36,620 bases of DNA from a bacterium (GCA_050125095.1 JASFEA010000013.1:1-36620); one strand, 5' to 3'; positions 14,741-23,827 are shown, counted from the first letter of the stretch. Translations and numbers: made by a program. Notes: a model not told the origin generated them from the sequence alone.

Positions 14741-16819
14741 ATGCATCGTATCGAGAAGCACCCCATCCTTCAAACCGGAGGCGAGCCCTCCGTCCGCTTT
14801 TCCTTCAACGGCAGAGACTATATGGCCAGGGAGGGTGAGGTCATATCGTCGGCTCTCTTCGCCTACGGTATAAAGATATTCGGCCATCATCCCAAGGACG
14901 GCAGCGCGCAGGGTATTTTCTGCGCCAACGGCCAGTGCTCCCAGTGCATGGTCATAGCAGACGGCGTTCCCGTCAAGGGCTGCATGGTTCCGGTGGCCGA
15001 AGGCATGCAGGTAAGGACATGCGATGACGTGCCCGAGCTGCCGGCGGACGACTTGCCCGCCGAGGGTTTCGACCCAATCGACGTAATCGAAACCGACGTT
15101 CTAATCGTCGGCGGCGGGCCGGCCGGGATTACGGCGGCCCTCGAGCTCGCCCCACACGGCGTAGACATAATCATAGTGGATGACAAGCACAGGCTGGGGG
15201 GAAAGCTGGTTCTCCAGACGCACTCCTTCTTCGGCACCGTGGCCGATTGCTATGCCGGTACGCGCGGCATAGACATAGCGACCAATCTGGCCGCGGAGGT
15301 CGAAAAGCACGGTAATATCCGCGTCATGCTCAACGCCACGGCCGTTGCCTGCTATCACGACAGGAAGATAGGGGTGGTGTCCGGGAGCCGGTACGTTCTG
15401 ATAAGCCCGGGGAAGCTCCTGATCGCCGCCGGCGCCAGGGAAAAGGCGCTGCCCTTCCCCGGCTGCGACCTTCCCGGCGTGTACGGAGCGGGCGCCTTCC
15501 AGACGCTCGTCAACCGCGACCTCGTGCGCCCGTCCGAGAAGCTCTTCATAGTGGGCGGGGGCAATGTGGGCCTTATTGCGGCATACCACGCAATCCAGGC
15601 CGGCATAGGCGTCGTGGGTCTCGTAGAGGCCCTGCCGGAGGTCGGGGGCTACAAGGTGCACCAGGACAAGATCAAGCGCCTCGGCGTCCCTGTGTGGACG
15701 TCCCATACCGTCAAATGCGCGAGCGGCCTGGAAGGAGTCGAGTCGGTCACCGTTGTGGAGGTGGACGCGGACTTCTCCGAGAAGCCCGGCACGGAGCGGA
15801 CGTATGAAGCCGATACGCTTCTCGTGGCCGTGGGCCTTAACCCGGTTGACGAGCTCTTCGCGCAGGCCAAGCGCTTCGGTATGGACGCCTACTCGGCCGG
15901 AGACGCATTTGAGATCGCCGAGGCCTCGGCCGCGATCTTCTCAGGCAGGATAGCGGGCAGGCAGATCGCCCAATCGCTGGGCAAAGAGGCCTGGGTGCCC
16001 GCCGAGTGGCAGAGTCGGCTGGATATACTGAAGAGCAAACCCGGCAAGACGCATGACCTCGAAGTCGGCATTCCCGGCTCGGGTCTGTTCCCCGTCATAA
16101 GATGCGTTCAGGAGATCCCATGTGACCCCTGCATACATGTATGCCCCAAGGACATGATTAAGATGAAGGGCGACCCCATATTCGGCGTTCCGGAAGTGGT
16201 AAAGGACGAGTGCACGGGTTGCACGCTTTGCGTAGCTGTATGTCCCGGTCTGGCCATAACACTTGTGGACCTGAGGCAGGACGGCCCGGAGGGCCTGGTT
16301 ACGGTTCCCTTCGAGATACTCGCGGAGACTGTCGGTGAAGGAGACGAAGTGGACGCCGTGGATATGGACGGCGAGTTCGTTTCCAAGGCCCGTGTCGAAA
16401 AGGTCGCCGGGAGGAAGGTCTATGACAGGACCCTGCTGGTGACGCTGCGCGTGCCCAGGGAGACCGCCACGCGGGTGGCGGGTTTCAGGCTGCAGCCGCC
16501 GGGCCTGAGCGAGCCCGTGGACGCTCATGCGCCCGAGTGTATGGACGATGAGACCATAATCTGCAGATGCGAGCGCGTTAAGGCCGGCGAGATAAGGCGG
16601 CTCATACGCGAAGGCGTGCGCGATCTCAACCAGCTCAAGGTGCTGCGTTGCGGAATGGGCGCGTGCGGCGGCAAGACATGCCAGTCGCTCATCCTGGGGC
16701 TTTTCAGAGATGAGGGAGTGGATATCTGCGACGTGGTCCCGTTCACCCGGCGCCCCGTTGTCGCCGAGGTGGACCTCGGCACGCTGGCCGGCGAGAAGAA
16801 ACGCAAGGGGTCGAAATGA
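14741..16819 (+). CDS. Fused [2Fe-2S]-FAD/NAD(P)-[4Fe-4S]-BFD oxidoreductase (sarcosine oxidase alpha / dye-linked proline dehydrogenase / opine oxidase-like)
   Basis: GIFCANGQCSQC...C (2Fe-2S); IVGGGPAG and IVGGGNVG dinucleotide folds; CVQEIPCDPCIHVCP and CTGCTLCVAVCP (ferredoxin); ICRCE...CGMGACGGKTC (BFD-like). Start placed at MHRIEKHPIL. Confidence 0.92.
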   Translation: MHRIEKHPILQTGGEPSVRFSFNGRDYMAREGEVISSALFAYGIKIFGHHPKDGSAQGIFCANGQCSQCMVIADGVPVKGCMVPVAEGMQVRTCDDVPELPADDLPAEGFDPIDVIETDVLIVGGGPAGITAALELAPHGVDIIIVDDKHRLGGKLVLQTHSFFGTVADCYAGTRGIDIATNLAAEVEKHGNIRVMLNATAVACYHDRKIGVVSGSRYVLISPGKLLIAAGAREKALPFPGCDLPGVYGAGAFQTLVNRDLVRPSEKLFIVGGGNVGLIAAYHAIQAGIGVVGLVEALPEVGGYKVHQDKIKRLGVPVWTSHTVKCASGLEGVESVTVVEVDADFSEKPGTERTYEADTLLVAVGLNPVDELFAQAKRFGMDAYSAGDAFEIAEASAAIFSGRIAGRQIAQSLGKEAWVPAEWQSRLDILKSKPGKTHDLEVGIPGSGLFPVIRCVQEIPCDPCIHVCPKDMIKMKGDPIFGVPEVVKDECTGCTLCVAVCPGLAITLVDLRQDGPEGLVTVPFEILAETVGEGDEVDAVDMDGEFVSKARVEKVAGRKVYDRTLLVTLRVPRETATRVAGFRLQPPGLSEPVDAHAPECMDDETIICRCERVKAGEIRRLIREGVRDLNQLKVLRCGMGACGGKTCQSLILGLFRDEGVDICDVVPFTRRPVVAEVDLGTLAGEKKRKGSK

Positions 16820-17973
16820 TGGCAACCTATGACGTCATAGTCGTCGGCGCCGGCAGCGTGGGTCTCCCGACTGCGTTTTTCCTCGCAAGAGAGAAAGTCC
16901 GGGTGCTTGTCATTGACGAGCTCCCGTCGCCCGGGCAGGGCCAGAACAAGAGCGCCATCGGCGGCGTGAGGGCGACGCACTCCGATCCGGCCAAGATACA
17001 GACATGCCAGCTCAGCCTCGAGATTCTGTCGACCTGGGGGGACGAGTACGGTGATGACATCCATTTCAAGCGCGGGGGCTACTGCTTCCCGGCCTACGAG
17101 GAAAGTGACGAGAAGGCGTTCAAGGACTTGCTTGTTACACAGAAGGAATACGGCCTCAATATAGACTGGGTGGACGCGCAGGCTCTCAAAGGCCTCCTTC
17201 CGGGTGTCAATGCCGAAGGACTCAGGGGAGGCACCTTCTCACCCGAGGACGGCAACATATCACCCATGATGACCGCGCGCGCCTTCTACCGGCAGGCCGT
17301 CGCGGCCGGAGCGGATTTCAGTTTCGGCGAGAGGGTCACGGCAGTCAGCCGGGCCAATGGCTCGGGTATAGAAGTCAAGACCGACCGGGCCTCCTACTCG
17401 GCGGGCATGCTGCTCAACGCGGCCGGCGCCGGCGCCGCCGATGTGGGAAGGCTAATGGGAATCGACCTTCCCGTAGCGCCGGACTCGCATGAGGGCGGGG
17501 TCACAGAGCCCGTAAAGCCCTTCTTTGACCCGCTCGTTGTGGACATGAGGGAGTTTCCCGGTTCGAGGAACTTCTACTTCTACCAGGAGGAAGGGGGCCA
17601 TCTGGTCTTCTGCCTCACGCCCGAGCCCATAGTGCCCGGACTCAACCGCGACTCGACATCGGACTTCCTGCCGCAGTCGGCGCAGAGGCTGATCATGCTC
17701 TTCCCGCGCCTCAGGAACCTCAGGGTGCGCAGGGTCTGGCGCGGGCTGTATCCGATGACCCCGGACGGCGTGCCCATCGTCGACAGGGTGGAGGGGGCAG
17801 AGGGCTTCTTCGTCGCTGTCGGCTTCTGCGGCCAGGGTCTTATGCTGGGTCCGGGCATCGCCAGGAACATCGTGAGTTTGATGACCACGGGTAAGCCATT
17901 GCTGCCCGAAGACATATTCAGAAGCTACAGCCTGTACCGCGACTTTTCGCGGCCGTCGGAGGCGCTTAAGTAG
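16816..17973 (+). CDS. FAD-dependent D-amino acid oxidase family oxidoreductase (SoxB / PDH beta-like subunit)
   Basis: YDVIVVGAGSVG, GGTFSPEDG, W.GLYPMTPDG.PI, GFCGQG.MLGP; ATGA overlap with the upstream gene. Confidence 0.92.
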   Translation: MMATYDVIVVGAGSVGLPTAFFLAREKVRVLVIDELPSPGQGQNKSAIGGVRATHSDPAKIQTCQLSLEILSTWGDEYGDDIHFKRGGYCFPAYEESDEKAFKDLLVTQKEYGLNIDWVDAQALKGLLPGVNAEGLRGGTFSPEDGNISPMMTARAFYRQAVAAGADFSFGERVTAVSRANGSGIEVKTDRASYSAGMLLNAAGAGAADVGRLMGIDLPVAPDSHEGGVTEPVKPFFDPLVVDMREFPGSRNFYFYQEEGGHLVFCLTPEPIVPGLNRDSTSDFLPQSAQRLIMLFPRLRNLRVRRVWRGLYPMTPDGVPIVDRVEGAEGFFVAVGFCGQGLMLGPGIARNIVSLMTTGKPLLPEDIFRSYSLYRDFSRPSEALK

Positions 17974-18028
17974 CGCTCTTCGATTTGTAGTTCGCTTGTC
18001 AATACAACCGCTCGGGAGGAGCTACACG

Positions 18029-19177
18029 ATGAAGAGAGAAAAGAGTGCGGTTTTCGCAAGCACCGCCGGCATATCAACCGGCATATCAAAACGACTCAGG
18101 AAGTCCGCGCGGGTCGCGATGGGCGAAGTGCTGAAAGCCAAAAAGGGAGAGCGCGTGCTCATCATCACGAATCCCAACCGCGACGTCGAGCTCATATCAA
18201 TGGCGCTGTACGACGCGTCCCTCGCGAGGGGCGCCGAACCCACGCTCATCTTCCAGCCACCCAAGACCCAGTTCGACTTCGCGGAGGATGCCGTCATACA
18301 CGCCCTCAGGGCAGAGCCCGAGATCATACTCTCGATTTCGCATCACAAGCTGGGCAAAGACAGGTTCGCTCTCAAGAAACCCTATGAGCACGGGGGTAAG
18401 ACATACGGGCATGTTTTCAATTACCTGGTCGAGACTAAGAAAGCGCGTTCCTTCTGGTCGCCGTCGGTGACGGTGGACATGTTCGAGCGCACCGTCCCGA
18501 TCAATTACAGGAGGCTGAAGGCCAACTGCAAGAAACTCAAGTCCATTCTCGACAGGGCGACCGAAGTGCATGTTAAGACCAGGGCGGGAACCGACCTTGT
18601 AATAGGCGTGCGCGGGAGGAAGGCCCGGACGGATGACGGTGACTTCTCGCGGCCGGGCGCGGGCGGCAACGTTCCGGCGGGAGAGGTTTTCATCTCGCCC
18701 GAGCTCGGAACCGGCGAAGGCACCATAGTATTCGACGGGTGCATCTCATCCAAGGGGGGCGTAATCATCATAAAGAAGCCCATCGTCGCCACCGTGAAGA
18801 ATAACATGGTAACCGGATTAGAGGGCGGGCGCGAGGCCCGGGAGCTAAAGGCGACTCTTACGGCGGCGAAGAAGACCACGCGTGAGTTCGCGAAGAAGGG
18901 GCTGCTATCTAAAAAGGCGGTCCCGGGATACCTGAAGAATATATACAACCTGGGCGAGCTCGGCATCGGCCTTAACGAAAACGCAAAGATCGTGGGGAAG
19001 ATGCTGGAGGATGAGAAGGTCTTCAGGACATGCCATATCGCCATCGGCGCCAATTATGACCGCGACGCCGAGGCTCTCAACCATCTCGACGGCCTGGTGC
19101 AACGGCCCACGATCGAAGTCAGGGACGCGAAGGGCCGACCGGCTGTCATCATGCGAAACGGCAATATCATCGTCTAG
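18029..19177 (+). CDS. Thermophilic metalloprotease M29 / leucyl aminopeptidase-like protein
   Basis: GTDL, GNVPAGEVFISP, GTIVFDG, LGELGIGLN, LEDEK..TCHIAIGAN, HLD motifs; GGAGG RBS. Confidence 0.9.
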   Translation: MKREKSAVFASTAGISTGISKRLRKSARVAMGEVLKAKKGERVLIITNPNRDVELISMALYDASLARGAEPTLIFQPPKTQFDFAEDAVIHALRAEPEIILSISHHKLGKDRFALKKPYEHGGKTYGHVFNYLVETKKARSFWSPSVTVDMFERTVPINYRRLKANCKKLKSILDRATEVHVKTRAGTDLVIGVRGRKARTDDGDFSRPGAGGNVPAGEVFISPELGTGEGTIVFDGCISSKGGVIIIKKPIVATVKNNMVTGLEGGREARELKATLTAAKKTTREFAKKGLLSKKAVPGYLKNIYNLGELGIGLNENAKIVGKMLEDEKVFRTCHIAIGANYDRDAEALNHLDGLVQRPTIEVRDAKGRPAVIMRNGNIIV

Positions 19178-19188
19178 GGGAGTGGATC

Positions 19189-19437
19189 ATGAAGGTCGAA
19201 ATATACTACTGCGTTCGTTGAAAGTTCCTGCCGCAGGCTTCCCGGGTGGAAGCCGAGGTCAAAGCCGAATTCGCCGATGTGGAGGTGGAGATCGTCGAGG
19301 GCGACCACGGCATATTCGATGTCGCGGTCGACGATAAGATGATCTTCTCGAGAGGATGTGAGAAGTTCGGGAAGCGATTCCCCAGGCGCGGCGAAGTCCC
19401 GGATCTCATAAGGAAGGAGCTGGGGGCACGGGCCTAG
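19189..19437 (+). CDS. SelT/SelW/SelH (Rdx) family selenoprotein, CxxU motif, UGA=Sec at 19219-19221
   Basis: GGGGAG RBS, then MKVEIYYCVR-TGA-KFLPQASRVEAEV...EGDHGIFDV.VDDKMIFSR...RFP..GEV (82 aa). Rdx N- and C-terminal motifs lie in one frame across the TGA. Confidence 0.92.
19222..19254 (+). promoter_or_regulatory. Bacterial SECIS element
   Basis: Perfect 7-bp stem GGCTTCC (19236-19242) / GGAAGCC (19248-19254) with loop CGGGT, starting 14 nt after the UGA. Confidence 0.8.
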
Positions 19438-19481
19438 CGGGGCGGCTCACCGGGTACCGCCCCCGTGACGGGTTATATTTT

Positions 19482-19528
19482 TTTACAAATATATGTTGTA
19501 AATTTATAATATTATGTTATAATATTAT
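19482..19528 (+). promoter_or_regulatory. Tandem sigma70 promoters with repeated operators upstream of the XRE regulator
   Basis: TTTACA-17-TATAAT (19482-19510) and TTGTAA-16-TATAAT with extended TG (19496-19523); inverted repeat TTTACAA-N7-TTGTAAA; direct repeat TTATAATATTAT x2 (19504-19515, 19517-19528). Confidence 0.75.
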
Positions 19529-19532
19529 CGCT

Positions 19533-19793
19533 ATGGAAACCCGAAAGCTCTACAACAGGATAGGCGTGCTCCGCAGGGAGAGAGGTGTTTCGCGAAAAGA
19601 CCTGGCGGAGGCCATAGGGGTGAACTTCCAGACCGTCGGGTATCTGGAGCGGGGGGAATACAATCCGAGCCTGGATCTCGCCTTCAGGATCAGTGAGTAC
19701 TTCAATCTGCCCGTGGATCTGGTCTTTTCAACCCGGCCCATGAAACCCATGAGCCAGGAGTTGCTAGAGCAAAGAAAGAAACGAGGTGAATGA
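19533..19793 (+). CDS. XRE-family helix-turn-helix transcriptional regulator
   Basis: NRIGVLRRERGVSRKDLAEAIGVNFQTVGYLERGEYNPSLDLAFRISEYFNLPVDLVF. Confidence 0.95.
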   Translation: METRKLYNRIGVLRRERGVSRKDLAEAIGVNFQTVGYLERGEYNPSLDLAFRISEYFNLPVDLVFSTRPMKPMSQELLEQRKKRGE

Positions 19794-20232
19794 CATGGCT
19801 GGAGAGATATCGAAGACTCAGCGGCGACTGCTTGTCGCGGTCAATTACCTGAGTCTTGCGCTACTGGTTTTCATGGTACACGGGGGCCGGGCCCGGGGCT
19901 GGAGTGCAGGCGTCATAGTCGCCGGGGTCCTGCCGGTTGCGGGCGTGCTGGTTGCCACTTTTGTGGGGGTGTTCTGGAGGACCGGGCTCTGGCACCTCTC
20001 CCATGCGCCCTTTGAGAAGATCGACGAGAGGGAGGCGCAGGTCATGTATGAATCCCTCAGACGCTCATATGCGGTCTTCGCGGTGGTGTGCGTCATAATC
20101 CTCCTGGTCAATGCCGTCGCGGAGATGGGGCACATACCCATTCTCATAGCGGTGGGGCTCCTCTATCTTGCCCATACGCTGCCGGCGGCCGCAGCTGCCT
20201 GGAGCGAGAAGAGGGTGCTGGCGGACAGGTGA
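19786..20232 (+). CDS. Small 4-TM membrane protein (DERE motif, typical XRE partner)
   Basis: Four hydrophobic segments with a central IDERE; overlaps the XRE stop. The true start may be ATG 19795. Confidence 0.8.
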   Translation: MNDMAGEISKTQRRLLVAVNYLSLALLVFMVHGGRARGWSAGVIVAGVLPVAGVLVATFVGVFWRTGLWHLSHAPFEKIDEREAQVMYESLRRSYAVFAVVCVIILLVNAVAEMGHIPILIAVGLLYLAHTLPAAAAAWSEKRVLADR

Positions 20233-20322
20233 TACATGCAACATATGCGGTTGTCCGCGCATGCGGCGCTGTTTTCCGCGGTACGTCAGAGGCGCCCGCG
20301 GTCGGGCCGGAGCGCCCGCAGG

Positions 20323-21084
20323 CTATACAGGTATGTCGGACACGCTGCTGAACTCCCTCATCCGGATTCCCTCTTCACTCAATAACTCCCGGAAGTTCTC
20401 AACAAGCTCCTTCGCCAGGGGCATGGCCGTATCGATGTCCCGGGCCTGCCACAGCAACGGTACGATCTCCTTGTAACGCCGCGGGAGTTTGGGGAACTCG
20501 AAGGTGTCTCTCATACCCTGCGCGTAGTCGTGCATCACCCAGCTCCCGTTCAGCAGGCACAATGCATCCCTCATTTCAAAGAGCACCTCGAGTACGGCGC
20601 AATACCAGTCATCTTCATTACCGCGCTCCCTCGACGAGAATATTCGCCCGTAGGACTCCAGTATGAGTTCCGGCAGATGCTTTTCTAGGTTCTCCCTGAA
20701 CTTGACTTCAGGCACTGATCTGCCGATGTCGAGCCAGGTTTCTAAAAGTGAAGCGTCGCCGCAAAGGACTTTGATCATGCTGAGTACGCCCATGTAGAAC
20801 GGCCATCCGCACACGCTCTCCAGGGACGGGTTGGCGAGAAGTCCCTCGAGTTCGCCTCGCTTGATTACCATATAGCCGGCCGCGGTGCCGCGGTATATAA
20901 GGTGCTGACCCTGCGCCTCGCACCTATCGTCGGTGACAAACAGCATGTCGAGGTCGGACCACTTCGTGTCGATACCGCGGGCCACCGAGCCGTAAACGCC
21001 TCCCATGAGAATTCCATCCGCGTATTTCCCGGTCAGCCGGTCGCACAGCCCCTCTGCTATTCTCATTCTCTCAAGGTGATCCAT
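20323..21084 (-). CDS. Kanamycin nucleotidyltransferase ANT(4')-like protein
   Basis: ERMRIA...L..KY...I..GGVYGSVARG.D..WSDLDM matches the recalled KNTase N-terminus (ERMKIV...KY...IGVYGSLGRQTDGPYSDIEM); helical C-domain with LLNG...LP.RY; 253 aa; AGGAG RBS. Confidence 0.75.
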   Translation of the reverse strand: MDHLERMRIAEGLCDRLTGKYADGILMGGVYGSVARGIDTKWSDLDMLFVTDDRCEAQGQHLIYRGTAAGYMVIKRGELEGLLANPSLESVCGWPFYMGVLSMIKVLCGDASLLETWLDIGRSVPEVKFRENLEKHLPELILESYGRIFSSRERGNEDDWYCAVLEVLFEMRDALCLLNGSWVMHDYAQGMRDTFEFPKLPRRYKEIVPLLWQARDIDTAMPLAKELVENFRELLSEEGIRMREFSSVSDIPV

Positions 21085-21135
21085 GATCCTGCTCCTGTTC
21101 GAAGTCCCGTTAGAAGAAAACAGACCCTGCTGTCC

Positions 21136-21236
21136 ATTAAACTGAAATCGGCGCCCAAGTCAACTTGCGGTTTGGGCGCCACAGAACGGGCAGACAGCAA
21201 CCCTGGTTGACAGCAACCTTGATGGAAGGTTAGGCT
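21136..21236. promoter_or_regulatory. Divergent sigma70 promoters (ANT-like gene on -, DUF418 gene on +)
   Basis: - strand TTGACT-16-TTTAAT (21163-21136); + strand TTGACA-18-TAGGCT (21207-21236) with an AACCTT-N5-AAGGTT dyad in the spacer. Confidence 0.6.
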
Positions 21237-21313
21237 GATACATCTCGGAGGCGGCCCGGACGAATGCCGGCCTGATTGCGTCCGATATAAATCAGCGACA
21301 TGTGAGGCAAGCC

Positions 21314-22543
21314 ATGACAGGTGAAATGGCGGGCGCCGCCCCGGTGGGCCCGGGGGAGCGCATTTCATCGATAGACGTCCTGAGAGGCGTCGCGCTGCTC
21401 GGCATTCTCATAATGAACATCCAGAGCTTTTCCATGATCATGGCCGCATACCTGAATCCCACGGCATACGGCGACCTCACGGGGGCCAACTGGTGGGTGT
21501 GGACGCTGAGCAACATATTCGCCAATGAGAAGTTCATTTCCATCTTCTCGATGCTCTTCGGGGCCGGTATCGTACTCATGACCGAAAGGGCGGAAGCCAG
21601 GGGCGCCAATCCCAGGAAACTCCATATCAGTCGCAGCATATGGCTCATCGTGATAGGGCTTCTCCACGCCTACCTCCTCTGGTACGGCGATATTCTGTTC
21701 ACCTACGGCGTCTGCGCCCTCATAGTCTTTGCCGGCCGCAAGGTGCGGCCCAGGAAGCTCATAGTAATAGGTCTCATAGTCTTCTCCGTTGCATTTCTCC
21801 TCTTCATGTTCTTCGGCTTCTCGCTTCAATTCTGGCCTGAGGAGAACAGGGTGGAGAGCATGCGCAACTGGATGCCGACCGCTGAACAGGTGGCGGAGGA
21901 GCTGGCTGCATACCGCGGCGGCTGGCTGGAGCAAATGCCAGTCAGGGTCTCGTCGGCAATCGCCCTTCAGACTTTCATCCTTCTCATACTCGAGGGGTGG
22001 CGGGTGTGCGGTCTCATGCTCATAGGCATGGCGCTCTTTAAGATGGGAGTTCTCTCGGCAGCCCGGTCTTTACGCTTCTATGCAAACATGGTGTGGATCG
22101 GCTATGGCGCCGGCCTGCCCCTGGTGATTGCCGGCACGGCGAATAACTTCGCGGCCGGGTGGTCTTTCGAGTACTCCATGTTCTATGGATCCCAGTGGAA
22201 CTACTGGGGGAGCATATTCGTCGCGATGGGCCATGTGGGCCTCGTCATGCTCTTGTGCAGGTCCGGCCTTTTCGAGAGGCTCAAGCGTGTCCTGGCCGCC
22301 TTCGGACGCATGGCGCTCACAAACTACCTGATGCAGACGGTAATATGCACGAGCATCTTCTATGGCCACGGCCTCGGTTTGTTTGGCCGTGTCGAGAGGT
22401 GGCAGCAGATTCTCTTCGTGCTGGCTATATGGGCGGTGCAGCTTATCTACTCGCCGCTCTGGCTGCGCAGGTACAGGTTCGGTCCGGCGGAATGGGTCTG
22501 GCGGTCGCTCACTTACGGCAAGCGCCAGCCGATGAGGTTGTGA
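21314..22543 (+). CDS. DUF418 (YeiB-like) membrane protein
   Basis: RISSIDVLRGVALLGILIMN, KF.SIFSMLFG.G, LWYGDIL..Y, GRMALTNYL.Q, FGPAEW.WRSLTY. Confidence 0.92.
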   Translation: MTGEMAGAAPVGPGERISSIDVLRGVALLGILIMNIQSFSMIMAAYLNPTAYGDLTGANWWVWTLSNIFANEKFISIFSMLFGAGIVLMTERAEARGANPRKLHISRSIWLIVIGLLHAYLLWYGDILFTYGVCALIVFAGRKVRPRKLIVIGLIVFSVAFLLFMFFGFSLQFWPEENRVESMRNWMPTAEQVAEELAAYRGGWLEQMPVRVSSAIALQTFILLILEGWRVCGLMLIGMALFKMGVLSAARSLRFYANMVWIGYGAGLPLVIAGTANNFAAGWSFEYSMFYGSQWNYWGSIFVAMGHVGLVMLLCRSGLFERLKRVLAAFGRMALTNYLMQTVICTSIFYGHGLGLFGRVERWQQILFVLAIWAVQLIYSPLWLRRYRFGPAEWVWRSLTYGKRQPMRL

Positions 22544-22544
22544 T

Positions 22545-23246
22545 ATGGCGCAGGGCAGTCCATCGGAGGCCGTCGCGAGGGCGGGGGCCGTGGTTTTCGA
22601 TCTGTTTCACACCCTGACGTCGATAGAAGCGGTAACGAAGTGGGGGCGGGCCACCCATGAGATCCTCGGCGTGAGCAGGGAGGCCTGGCTGGAGCAGCTT
22701 TTCGAGGAGTCGCGTGACCGCCTTATCGGTAAGGTCCGGGATCCTCTCACCATGATCGGGATAATGGCCCGTGCCTTGAATCCCGGCGTCTCGGAGGAGG
22801 CCATAAAGGCGGCCGCGGAAAACCGTACGCGCCGATTCGAGAACGCTCTTACCCGCATACCGGATGCCTCCAGGAACGTGCTTGCCGGCCTCAAGGTTCG
22901 GGGCAAGAAGCTGGGGCTTGTAAGCAATGCCGATGCGATGGAGGTGGCCTCCTGGGATAGATCCCCGGTCGCCGGTCTCTTCGACTGCGCCGTGTTCTCA
23001 TGTGACGTGGGGTACGCAAAGCCGGAGCCGGAGATATACAAGATATGCCTCGATAACCTCCATGTCGAACCGGCCGGGGCGGTCTTTGTGGGGGACGGGG
23101 GTTCTGACGAGCTCAAGGGGGCGAGAGATCTCGGAATGACAACCGTAATTATGACGGGGGTGATAAAGGAGCTGTGGCCCGATAGAATAGAGCCGCGACT
23201 GCCTTACGCCGATTTCAGCATAGATGATTTGCGTGAACTCCTGTAG
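22545..23246 (+). CDS. HAD family hydrolase
   Basis: VVFDLFHTL (motif I), LVSN, KPEPEIY, FVGDGGSDELKGA..LGM. Confidence 0.92.
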   Translation: MAQGSPSEAVARAGAVVFDLFHTLTSIEAVTKWGRATHEILGVSREAWLEQLFEESRDRLIGKVRDPLTMIGIMARALNPGVSEEAIKAAAENRTRRFENALTRIPDASRNVLAGLKVRGKKLGLVSNADAMEVASWDRSPVAGLFDCAVFSCDVGYAKPEPEIYKICLDNLHVEPAGAVFVGDGGSDELKGARDLGMTTVIMTGVIKELWPDRIEPRLPYADFSIDDLRELL

Positions 23247-23308
23247 GAGCCATAAACGCGGAAGCAGCGGTTGTTATTGCAGACAGGACCACCATGGAGG
23301 GGAAGGCC

Positions 23309-23827
23309 ATGATGAAGCGGCATCTCTTACCGGCGTTGATTGCGGCATTGTGTCTTCTTGTTATGACCTGCGCCGTGATTCCGCGCAGTATGTCCCGCGA
23401 GCGAGATATCGAAGGGCGCAGCGCGGATTTCGGCGCCGCGGCGAAAACCCTGCTGGTCGCGTCCCGGACCAGCGAGTTCAAGGATGCCGTGATCGACGGC
23501 ATTGAGCACTCCTTCGAAGCAGAGTCGATCGCCATGAGGTTCATCGGGCTTCAGGACCTGAGGTATGAGAGCGCCGAAGATTACGACGCCGTTGTTCTCA
23601 TGAATACATGCATCGCATGGAGCCTGGACACGCAGGTGGACGCCTTTCTCAACAAGTACAGGGATACCGGCAACATCGTCGTTGTTACGACCTCGGGCGA
23701 CGGGCACTGGGAGCCCAAGAAGCAGAACCGCCGGTTCGATACCGTGGCTTCGGCCTCTGAGATGGCCCGGGTGAGCGACGTGGTGGATGAGATAACCGCT
23801 AAAGTGCGCCCGCTGCTGGGGAGCTGA
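23309..23827 (+). CDS. Secreted or lipoprotein hypothetical protein with flavodoxin-like fold
   Basis: Hydrophobic leader ending in C (LVMTC); LLVAS..SEFK, YDAVVLMNTC.AW, VVTTSGDG.W; RBS GGAGG/GAAGG. The start may be 23294. Confidence 0.75.
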   Translation: MMKRHLLPALIAALCLLVMTCAVIPRSMSRERDIEGRSADFGAAAKTLLVASRTSEFKDAVIDGIEHSFEAESIAMRFIGLQDLRYESAEDYDAVVLMNTCIAWSLDTQVDAFLNKYRDTGNIVVVTTSGDGHWEPKKQNRRFDTVASASEMARVSDVVDEITAKVRPLLGS

